Source: Candidatus Heimdallarchaeota archaeon (lineage in GTDB: Archaea; Asgardarchaeota; Heimdallarchaeia; Hodarchaeales; Hodarchaeaceae). From it: 27,869 nucleotides of DNA. The translations under genes were made by a program, and so were the position numbers. The stretch lies in contig JBHLSH010000053.1 in NCBI GenBank assembly GCA_048881705.1, forward strand, positions 1 through 27,869, in the 5' to 3' direction. The notes under the pieces were generated by a model. It was not told the DNA's origin. It made no database searches and saw nothing but the letters and a program-made list of their open reading frames with translations. Of this stretch, positions 6,479 to 14,721 are shown piece after piece (position 1 is the first letter of the stretch; each line of letters opens with the position of its first letter).

Positions 6479-8497
6479 ATAACTGAAGCCATATCGTCTC
6501 AAAGGGATTATCAGTCAGGAATAAAAGAAAATCGTATAAACCTCTTACACATAGACGATGATCTTTCTTTCCTTGAATTGACACGTGCTTTTTTGAGGAG
6601 ATTGGCAGGTAACAAACTTAATGTAAAATCATTAGAAAATCCCGAACTTCTTCAAAAAACACTTAAGGAAGACCAGTTTGATGTGATCGTTTCCGATTTT
6701 CAGCTTATGACATCAGAACTCAACGGACTAGACCTCTTGGAAGATATCCGTAAAAATCCGTGGTACCAAAATATCCCCTTCATTCTCTTGACAGGCAGGG
6801 GACGAGAGGAAATTGCAATCTCTGCTTTACGCCTCGGTGCATCGGGTTATGTCAAAAAAGGGGGGAACCCAGAAACCATGTTCCAGGAGCTAATTCATAC
6901 GGTGGAAACCACAGTTCGTCATCATCGTATGGAACGAGAACTCCAACGTCGAAATTTGGAGCTTGAAATCTTAAATCGGATAATTTCAATTAGTCACCTT
7001 CAAAAAGATCTTGATACGCTCCTTGCTGATGCCCTTGCAGTTACTATTGAGCTCTTTGACTTCATGGGAGGTGCGATTTACCTAACTGAATGGAAGCAAA
7101 GAAGGGCAAGAATGAGACACTGGTATGGCCTTTCAGAAGATTTTGTCAGGAAGATGGCAAAAATAGATATCGATCAACCCCCTTATGATTCTGTATTCCT
7201 AAAAGGGGAAAATTTTGTAACAGAAGACTACCAAGCCATGTTTCCCGAATTGCCTTATCAAGACATCCGTTCTATGGCTTCTATTCCATTGATGGACAAG
7301 ATTTTACCCCTAAATACCCAGCAGAATGTAATAGGCGCGGTATTCGTTGTAAGTGAAAGCCGCTTCCCCGAGCACTTCAGCCATCTCCTAAGTACAATAG
7401 GAAGGGAAGTTGGATCATCCTTAGGTCATGCCTTACTCTCCATGCAGCTGAAAGAAACCTTAGATCGTTATCAAACGTTAATTGAAAAGGCTTATGATGC
7501 TATTTTCATTGAAAATGCCCAGGAAGAAATTGTGGAGGTTAACCAAAGAGCGTGTGACCTTTTTGGCTATAATCGTGATGAACTATTGACCATGAAAACA
7601 TCGGATCTACAAAAAGGGATACCATCAGAATCAGAAATGAATCCACTTCCGATTTATAAGAATCCAGAGACAGGTACACCTGAGACCATAGAAATACCTG
7701 CTGTTCATCGAGATGGGACACCTTTAACTTTAGAATTAACGATAGTTGCTTTGGAAGCACCTAAACCACTTTTTATGTCTATCGTACGTGACGTCTCGGA
7801 TCGTAAAAGGATGGCCACTGCTCTGCAAGCTGCCAACCGCAGACTTAACTATATCAATAAATTTGCACGTCTTAATTATCTAGATCAATTATCAGCCATT
7901 TCAGGATATATTGCTGTTCTTGAATCCGAGATAAAAAAGAATGATGAAACTAAAAGCTATTTAGAGAAGATTCGTTTTATTTCGGAAAGATTGAGAAATC
8001 AGACGCGGGCCGCACAAGCAATTATGACCCAAACAGAAGAGCTGGGATTAAAAGAACCGACCTGGCAAGATCTTGAAGAATCTGTTTTCATCGCCGCATT
8101 CGTATGTAATCTCGGAAAAATAAAGTTAAATGTTAATGTTGAGGAAGTAGAGGTGCTAGGTGATCCTTTATTTCATCGAGTTTTTACATACCTTATAGAT
8201 AACTCAATCAAACACGGTAGCCACGTTACTGAGATTCGCGTAACTTCTAATATTGATAAATCTGATGTATTTCCCACATTGAGGATTGCATATACTGACA
8301 ATGGAGTAGGTATACCTAAATCAGAAAAAAAACGTATATTTGACATTGGTTTTGGCCAAGGTACTGGATATGGTCTTTTTGTTGTTAAAGAAATCCTCGA
8401 GGTAACTGGCATGTCGATTCGCGAGTGTGGTGTGCCCGAAAAAGGAGCTCAATTTGAGATCGAGATTGGCCCAAACCACTACAGACTGAAATCCTAG
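6479..8497 (+). CDS. REC-GAF-PAS-HisKA-like-HATPase sensor protein with a degenerate H-box; probable ATA start (672 aa; ORF track starts at TTG 6578)
   Basis: The frame is open from 6341. The receiver's first strand and acidic pocket (RINLLHIDDDLSFLEL) lie upstream of TTG 6578, and no in-frame ATG/GTG/TTG precedes them. REC has IVSD, LLTG and YVKK. A GAF domain and a PAS domain (IFIEN...VNQRAC.LFGY...DVSDRK) follow. The HATPase has N box LIDNSIKHG, G1 DNGVGIP and G2 GTGYGL. The H-box reads ARLNYLDQL. Confidence 0.88.
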   Translation: MTEAISSQRDYQSGIKENRINLLHIDDDLSFLELTRAFLRRLAGNKLNVKSLENPELLQKTLKEDQFDVIVSDFQLMTSELNGLDLLEDIRKNPWYQNIPFILLTGRGREEIAISALRLGASGYVKKGGNPETMFQELIHTVETTVRHHRMERELQRRNLELEILNRIISISHLQKDLDTLLADALAVTIELFDFMGGAIYLTEWKQRRARMRHWYGLSEDFVRKMAKIDIDQPPYDSVFLKGENFVTEDYQAMFPELPYQDIRSMASIPLMDKILPLNTQQNVIGAVFVVSESRFPEHFSHLLSTIGREVGSSLGHALLSMQLKETLDRYQTLIEKAYDAIFIENAQEEIVEVNQRACDLFGYNRDELLTMKTSDLQKGIPSESEMNPLPIYKNPETGTPETIEIPAVHRDGTPLTLELTIVALEAPKPLFMSIVRDVSDRKRMATALQAANRRLNYINKFARLNYLDQLSAISGYIAVLESEIKKNDETKSYLEKIRFISERLRNQTRAAQAIMTQTEELGLKEPTWQDLEESVFIAAFVCNLGKIKLNVNVEEVEVLGDPLFHRVFTYLIDNSIKHGSHVTEIRVTSNIDKSDVFPTLRIAYTDNGVGIPKSEKKRIFDIGFGQGTGYGLFVVKEILEVTGMSIRECGVPEKGAQFEIEIGPNHYRLKS

Positions 8498-8550
8498 TAA
8501 ACCTAAGATAAGATCCTAAATGGTCCCCTTAGATAAACGGTGAATCCAAA

Positions 8551-9597
8551 GTGATGGTTCAAGAAAACTTCGCCCTATTCGTCGACGGGACAGATGTACG
8601 TTGGTCATTTGGCAATCCAAGTGACGATTTTGTTGAAATTGTCTCTAATTTTCTAATGGGGCTGTCCTCCTTAGGACAGGAGTTCTTTGGAGAGGGTATT
8701 GCCTCAATAACGTTCGATCGAAGAAGATACAGTGGTATCAAGGCAAGTGAAATCTTTATAGTATCATTGGAGGATAGGTTTTTCCTCATTATTAGTGACC
8801 CCGCAGTAACTTTACTTTTGATAGCAGCCAGTGGGGGAATCCCCTCTGAAATCAAGGATATTATGCGAGCAGTTCTGATCGGACAGGCCTCAATACTATA
8901 TTCCCGGGCAATTATGGATGCAGATGCGGAAACAAAACAACAGATAGATACTCATTTTCAGGAGATTCTGTTGGATCTCAATGAACGTTTCCGTCATACA
9001 CCTGTAGTGGGACCTTATGGCAGCCATTTTTCAATCTTAAACTTTGAAGAAGCGTTATTATTGCACTATTACCTCCGAAAACATGCGGAAAAACGAATAA
9101 CTGCGCCAGCAGGTCGTGCGATTATTGCCAATCTTGAAGGTTGGAAAATTCCTCTGGCCTACGGAACAGGTATGGACGACAGATCTGGAGTTTGGGCTGG
9201 CTTTTTTGCAGCAATTATTGGATTTATCCAGACATTATTTGACTCAAAACCTAAATATATAACCTTTGGTTCGACAGAGCTTCACAAACTACGCTTTATT
9301 TATGGCGAGAAGCATTTTATGGCGCTAGATACGAGTATAGTGTCTGACCTGCTTCTACGTAAGGCTTTTCGTACAGAATTATTCGGAATTAACTACGGGA
9401 TTCTGAAAGACATTTCGAACGGTGTTAAATCTCTGATTATCGAAGAAATTCAATCGTACTCTGAAGATAAGTTGAATGAACTATCAGTGGAAACATTGAT
9501 AGATACTTATGCAGGCGAGGATCAACTATTGGACCTGACGATAGATGAGAGAGTTTTAAAAATTTGGGGAAAACTACTGATTAAATATCAGAAATAG
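8551..9597 (+). CDS. Hypothetical protein with two probable longin-like domains (348 aa)
   Basis: GGTGA RBS. Two segments show the longin pattern (beta-hairpin, amphipathic helix, beta strands): FALFVDGTDVRWSFG...IVSNFLMGLSSLGQEFFGEGIASITF and AIIANLEGWKIPLAY...VWAGFFAAIIGFIQTLFDSKPKYITF. Confidence 0.55.
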   Translation: MMVQENFALFVDGTDVRWSFGNPSDDFVEIVSNFLMGLSSLGQEFFGEGIASITFDRRRYSGIKASEIFIVSLEDRFFLIISDPAVTLLLIAASGGIPSEIKDIMRAVLIGQASILYSRAIMDADAETKQQIDTHFQEILLDLNERFRHTPVVGPYGSHFSILNFEEALLLHYYLRKHAEKRITAPAGRAIIANLEGWKIPLAYGTGMDDRSGVWAGFFAAIIGFIQTLFDSKPKYITFGSTELHKLRFIYGEKHFMALDTSIVSDLLLRKAFRTELFGINYGILKDISNGVKSLIIEEIQSYSEDKLNELSVETLIDTYAGEDQLLDLTIDERVLKIWGKLLIKYQK

Positions 9598-9632
9598 ATT
9601 TCTTTTTTAGTATCCGCTTGGGATGTGTGCTT

Positions 9633-10412
9633 ATGCGCGTTACTGAACTTTTTGATCTAAAGGGTACTCGAGGATTAGTGACGGGCGGCGCAACAGGAAT
9701 TGGCTTTACTATGGCCCAAGGTTTGGCAGAAGTTGGCGCCGATGTAGCAATATGCGGACGAGGCCGTCATGGCTCCCTTGAAGAGGCCGTAGCCAAACTT
9801 TCTGAGTTTGGTACAGAAGTGATCGGTAAGAAATGTGATGTAAGTGTTGAAGATGATGTAAAACAAATGATTACCGAGCTAGCGGATCAGGGCTTCAGTT
9901 TAAACACATTAGTTAACAACGCTGGTATTTCTTGGGGATGCCCTTCAGAAAAACTCCCTCTTAACGATTTTACGAAAGTCGTTGCCGTAAATCTTACGGG
10001 AACATTCCTTGTTTCACGGGAAACAGCCAAAAAGTTCATGATACCTGGCCAATCTGGCTCAATAATCAATATATCTAGTACATCGGGTTTTCTAGGGGGC
10101 GAAATCGGGATTGCTGGGTATTCAGCCAGCAAAGCGGGCGTATTAGGATTAACACGACAGCTAGCGGTTGAATGGGTTTCACATGGCATCAGAGTAAATG
10201 CCATCTGCCCAAGTTGGTTCCCATCTTATATGAGTCGCCATTTCACTGGAAAAGAATCGCCCGTACGGAATGCTCTTATGGCTGAAAACCCCATGGGTCG
10301 TTTCGGAGAACCTTGGGAGTTAAAGGGAGTTATCGTATTTCTTGCGTCAAAAGCTTCGAGTTATATCAATGGTGTTGCGATTCCTATTGATGGAGGTTTA
10401 TTGGTAAAATGA
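9633..10412 (+). CDS. Classical short-chain dehydrogenase/reductase (gluconate-5-DH/FabG-like)
   Basis: TGGATGIG, NNAG, catalytic Ser (NISS), YSASK, NAICP. ATG 9633 (MRVTELFDL) is preferred over TTG 9618. Confidence 0.92.
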   Translation: MRVTELFDLKGTRGLVTGGATGIGFTMAQGLAEVGADVAICGRGRHGSLEEAVAKLSEFGTEVIGKKCDVSVEDDVKQMITELADQGFSLNTLVNNAGISWGCPSEKLPLNDFTKVVAVNLTGTFLVSRETAKKFMIPGQSGSIINISSTSGFLGGEIGIAGYSASKAGVLGLTRQLAVEWVSHGIRVNAICPSWFPSYMSRHFTGKESPVRNALMAENPMGRFGEPWELKGVIVFLASKASSYINGVAIPIDGGLLVK

Positions 10413-11206
10413 CCACGGTGCTTGACCTGTTCAAACTTAATGGCCAATCCGCATTGGTCACAGGGGGAGCAAAGGGCCTTGGAACAAAAATTAGCGAGGG
10501 ATTATTAGAAGCTGGGGTTGAAAACTTGTTTTTTTGTGGACGAGGTAAACACGGGTCACTCGATGAGGAGGAAGAGCGACTAAGGGGCCTTTTCCCTCAA
10601 TCTGGAATCCATGGCATCGAATGTGATATTACTGACGAAAATCAGGTCACCGCATTAACCAATCGAATCAAGAACCAGGGATGTATAATTTCTATCCTAG
10701 TAAACTCGGCTGGTGCTACATGGGCTGCGCCCTCTACTGATCAAACCCTCAAAACGTGGCACCGAGCCCTTGACGTAAACCTTACAGGAGCCTTCCTTAT
10801 GACACGTAATATGGCTAGCACCTTTATGATACCAGCGAGAAAGGGTAGTATAATTAACATCAGTTCAATCCTTGCCCTAGTTGGTAATGCCGAACTGGCC
10901 CAGGTGGGATATTCTGCTAGTAAAAGTGCTCTTTGCGGGCTTACGAGACAGTTGGCCATCGAATTTGCAGAACGTGGGATACGAGTTAACGCAATTTTAC
11001 CCAGCTTCGTAGAAGGTGACTCGATGGCTAAAGTATTCACAGAGCCAGAAAGCCCAGTTAGGAAGGCCCTCTTAGAACAGATCCCACTGAAACGTTTTGC
11101 CCGTGCTGATGATCTAAAGGCAATTGTGTGCTTTCTAGCGTCCGAGGCTTCCGGTTATATCTCTGGACAAAATCTAGTACTAGATGGTGGTTATACTCTC
11201 CGTTGA
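10409..11206 (+). CDS. Classical short-chain dehydrogenase/reductase, paralog of the upstream SDR
   Basis: TGGAKGLG, NSAG, NISS, YSASK, NAILP. Its start overlaps the upstream stop (ATGA at 10409-10412). Confidence 0.92.
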   Translation: MTTVLDLFKLNGQSALVTGGAKGLGTKISEGLLEAGVENLFFCGRGKHGSLDEEEERLRGLFPQSGIHGIECDITDENQVTALTNRIKNQGCIISILVNSAGATWAAPSTDQTLKTWHRALDVNLTGAFLMTRNMASTFMIPARKGSIINISSILALVGNAELAQVGYSASKSALCGLTRQLAIEFAERGIRVNAILPSFVEGDSMAKVFTEPESPVRKALLEQIPLKRFARADDLKAIVCFLASEASGYISGQNLVLDGGYTLR

Positions 11207-11274
11207 CATGGAACGGAAAAGTATGATAAGGGGAATACCATACTCTATGTAAAGGACTTGGATTTTGGTTAAAT

Positions 11275-12378
11275 ATGCTCAATATTCTTGAGAAATATCC
11301 AGACGCCCTAATAGAACTCCGAAAAGATGATCACCCGCTTTTGGGTTATTTCACGAATCGTGTACCAGTCGAAATCCTCCATACTTTAGGGATAATTCCC
11401 ATACGTATGCTAACTCACGGATCCAAGAGTCAGGGAGCTTCAGATCGGTTTATTCAGACCTTTGGATGTGAATATTTACGTACAATAATGGATATCGGAT
11501 TAGCGGAAGGTTTTGAAGTACTAGACGGAATTATATTTAGTACGGGCACTTGCGATTCTCTTCAGAATGTCTCGGATATATGGAGGAAAGTTTTTCCTAA
11601 CCAGTGGGCCATTAATTTAACCTTTCCTGTGAACGTGACTGGTAATTTACCACTCAAGTTCTTAACAGCCGAATTTCAGCGGTTTATCGAGACCATAGGT
11701 CAACATTTCAAACTAGATTATGCTCTTACAAGCCAAGGCGACCCCGATTTAACATCATCGCTCAAAATATATAATAAAAAACGGGAAATCCTCCGTGAAC
11801 TTGCTACGTTGGTTTCAAATCGAAAACTTGCATACCAAGTGTTTGCGAAATACTCCCTTATGGGAGATATTATACCAGTGGAGCTATTCATCTCATTCCT
11901 TCAGGAGAAACTAGACGACGAAAGCTACACCGCCCCCGTACAGATGGGTTCACCCCGGCTTTTAGTAGCTGGTGGAATGGGATTCGATAACTATCGCCTT
12001 TGGCAACTTCCGGAATTTGATCACTTGGTTGCAGACGACTTTTCGTTTGGAACAAGGAATTTTTATTTTCAGATTCCGCCCAGTGCGTCATTTGAAACCT
12101 ATGTTAAATCCTATCTAGATCGAGTTCCAGACCCTACTGCCTATGATTTGGATCGGAGAGAATCACACTTGACAGATCTGATACAAAAACATAAGATTGA
12201 TGGTGTTGTATTGCTTGGAACAAAGTGGTGTGATCCGGACGCTTTCGAATTCGTTCCTCTGATGAACATATTAAAAGAAAATGGGGTACCGTACGTAAAT
12301 ATCGAGACGAGCTCGGATCTCGAAAACTTACAACAAATCAAAACACGCATGAGGGCCTTCATTGAAATGTTGACTTAA
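11275..12378 (+). CDS. 2-hydroxyacyl-CoA dehydratase / class I benzoyl-CoA reductase family subunit (HgdB/FldC/BcrC-like)
   Basis: GYF...PVEILH..GIIPIR, three cluster-ligand Cys (FGCEYL, TCDSLQ, KWCDP), C-terminal QIKTRMRAFIEML. Confidence 0.85.
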   Translation: MLNILEKYPDALIELRKDDHPLLGYFTNRVPVEILHTLGIIPIRMLTHGSKSQGASDRFIQTFGCEYLRTIMDIGLAEGFEVLDGIIFSTGTCDSLQNVSDIWRKVFPNQWAINLTFPVNVTGNLPLKFLTAEFQRFIETIGQHFKLDYALTSQGDPDLTSSLKIYNKKREILRELATLVSNRKLAYQVFAKYSLMGDIIPVELFISFLQEKLDDESYTAPVQMGSPRLLVAGGMGFDNYRLWQLPEFDHLVADDFSFGTRNFYFQIPPSASFETYVKSYLDRVPDPTAYDLDRRESHLTDLIQKHKIDGVVLLGTKWCDPDAFEFVPLMNILKENGVPYVNIETSSDLENLQQIKTRMRAFIEMLT

Positions 12379-12401
12379 TGCTACTCCTAGGATGAAATGA
12401 T

Positions 12402-13664
12402 ATGAGCTCCAGTGAAAAAAAACGGGTCTACCGCCCCTTGAAAAGCCTTCAAAGTGTAAAAAACCACATGGCAATGTATTATTTTCAAAGTAAAAATCCA
12501 TATCTTCATGATGAGGGAAAAAAAGTCGCGTGGGTAACCTCAGGAGGCCCTGTTGAATTTCTAATTGCTATGAATATTATTCCGCTTTACCCTGAGCAAT
12601 ATGGTGCGATTGCAGGGAGCGCCAAAGATTCCACACGATTGGTTCAGGTAGCAGAAGCGCATGGGTATAGCCCCGATCTGTGTTCCTATGCCAGAACTTC
12701 ATTTGGAAGCGTTTATTCTCCGGATCCGCCCACTCCTCTCTCCGAGATCGATGGCATTGGCGGCCTCCAAAAACCGGATATGCTGGTTTGTGGAAATAAC
12801 ATTTGTGGAACCGTTCTTAAGTGGTATCAGGACATCGCACGTCACTGGAACATCCCCATGTTTCTATTTGATACCCCTCCCCTGGTTGATGACACGGTTC
12901 CATCATATTATCTAGAATACGTAATCCAACAGCTCGAGAATTACGTCGATTTCTTGGAAATTCAGATGGGGAATAAAATGGATTCAGAAAAACTCGAAGA
13001 AGCTTTTCTATACTCCCGACAAGCGGTGCAACTATGGAGTACAATTCTAGAGCTGTGTTCCAACAAACCAAGTCCCTTGAACTGCGCTGATAGGTTCTTA
13101 CTTATGGCCCCTGTTGTGGCCCAGCGTGGAACGAGAGAGATCGTACCGATTTATGAGGAGGTATTGACTGAAGTCCAAAATCGAGTTGATCATAGCCTGG
13201 GAGCGATCACAGTGCCAGAAAGGTATCGTCTCCTCTGGGACAACATCCCAATTTGGTTTAATATCTTTTCGTTCTTTAACAGTCTTGCAGCAAAAGGTGT
13301 GGTTTTTCCTGCCGATACGTATACCAATGCTTGGAGACAAGCTTTCAGTAAGGAATCTGGAGACGTAATTCGTGACGCAGCGTTAGCATATTCTACTATA
13401 TATCTTAATAAGACGCTCCAGCATAAAATTGATTTGATTGGAGAACTAGCTACGCGTTTCCAATGTGATGGTGTCCTTTACCATTCGATGAGGAGTTGTA
13501 AGCGTTACAGTCTGGGTCAACCCATCACACGTCGTGAAGTAACCATGAGAACAGGGTTGAACGGAGTTCTAATAGAGGGGGACATGTGTGACGCTCGTTC
13601 GTTTTCTGAAGAGCAGGCCTGGACCAGGATTGAAGCTCTATTAGAGTTGATCGAAAATTCCTAG
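12402..13664 (+). CDS. 2-hydroxyacyl-CoA dehydratase / class I benzoyl-CoA reductase family subunit (HgdA/FldB/BcrB-like)
   Basis: KVAW...PVEFL.AM.IIP.YPE, GYSPDLCSY, NNICGTVLKW, HSMRSCKRY, EGDMCD.R, TRIEA.LE. Confidence 0.88.
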   Translation: MSSSEKKRVYRPLKSLQSVKNHMAMYYFQSKNPYLHDEGKKVAWVTSGGPVEFLIAMNIIPLYPEQYGAIAGSAKDSTRLVQVAEAHGYSPDLCSYARTSFGSVYSPDPPTPLSEIDGIGGLQKPDMLVCGNNICGTVLKWYQDIARHWNIPMFLFDTPPLVDDTVPSYYLEYVIQQLENYVDFLEIQMGNKMDSEKLEEAFLYSRQAVQLWSTILELCSNKPSPLNCADRFLLMAPVVAQRGTREIVPIYEEVLTEVQNRVDHSLGAITVPERYRLLWDNIPIWFNIFSFFNSLAAKGVVFPADTYTNAWRQAFSKESGDVIRDAALAYSTIYLNKTLQHKIDLIGELATRFQCDGVLYHSMRSCKRYSLGQPITRREVTMRTGLNGVLIEGDMCDARSFSEEQAWTRIEALLELIENS

Positions 13665-13673
13665 ATCAATAAC

Positions 13674-14252
13674 CTAATCGTCCACAACGATTGCGGAAAA
13701 ATTGAAATCTGACCATATTCTCTGCGCGAGGGTATGAAATGCTTTGGCTACGTTTTTTCCAGTAAGAGCTGAAGTTTCGACATACTCCACCTTCCCAAAT
13801 TCGGGAGATCGTAGTTTTTCCCGAATGAACTTTTTAGCGTAATCTGATGAGACCGTATCTTCTTTCATAGATCGAAGATCGATCTTGTTTCCCAATACAA
13901 CTGCTGCTATCTGATCTGATCCAGAATGCTGTATCAACTCTTCCTTCCATGTTTTCAGATTTCTTAAAGATCCTTGATTTGTCACATCAAAGCAAAGCAG
14001 TGCGCCCACAGCCCGGCGATAGTACATGGTTCGGATCTGCTTGAAGGAAGGTTGTCCGGCCAAATCCCAAATTTGGAAGCGCAATTCCTTCGTTCCGTCC
14101 TCAGTTTCCAAGTGGACAATCTTTGAAACAAAATCTGATCCCAATGTGGGAAGATAATCTGTTCCAAATCCTTTCCCAATAAAATCGTTACGAAGGCTTG
14201 TTTTACCCACGCCCCCATCGCCTATTAATACAACCTTCGCTAATAACGCCAT
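13674..14252 (-). CDS. Rab-like small GTPase (192 aa)
   Basis: G1 GDGGVGKT, G2 PTLGSDF, G3 WDLAGQ, YYRRA, G4 NKID, G5 ETSAL. AGGAGA RBS upstream. No C-terminal Cys (ends AIVVDD). Confidence 0.95.
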   Translation of the reverse strand: MALLAKVVLIGDGGVGKTSLRNDFIGKGFGTDYLPTLGSDFVSKIVHLETEDGTKELRFQIWDLAGQPSFKQIRTMYYRRAVGALLCFDVTNQGSLRNLKTWKEELIQHSGSDQIAAVVLGNKIDLRSMKEDTVSSDYAKKFIREKLRSPEFGKVEYVETSALTGKNVAKAFHTLAQRIWSDFNFSAIVVDD

Positions 14253-14721
14253 AGTCGATTCAGATTCTCCTTGGTTGCTTCATTTTCTTGGCCTGACATT
14301 TCTTGACTGATTGACCTAGGAAAAAACAAACATTCTCGAACGATTTCAAGTTATCCCTTGGAGGACAAAAGGTATTTTACTATTTAACGGGACTAGGATC
14401 TATAGGAATAAAAAACTATTCATTCCAATTCGTGTACCATGGGATTTAGAGATTTCTTCCAATCTTTCTTCTCTATTCATGACAAATGACAATGGAGGGC
14501 ACTTTTGTAAGGGAATTGTAGCTCTTAGTCCGTTATTTCAAGAAACATCCAAAATGAAATGTTTTTACATCAGAAAAACCATCCATGGCAAGAGAAACGT
14601 CAATCGATTTTTCAAAAAGAAAAATCCACAGGCTTTTTTTCTCTTTACAGCGTTATTACCATCAAATTTCAATTAGGAAGATTTTTCCCGTCGATGGAAG
14701 CCATAGGGGTAAAAAAACACT

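Noticed and set aside
6262-6584. Minus-strand ORFs 6262..6492 and 6309..6584
   Set aside because: They overlap the divergent promoter and the extended receiver-domain frame on the plus strand, and have no recognisable features.
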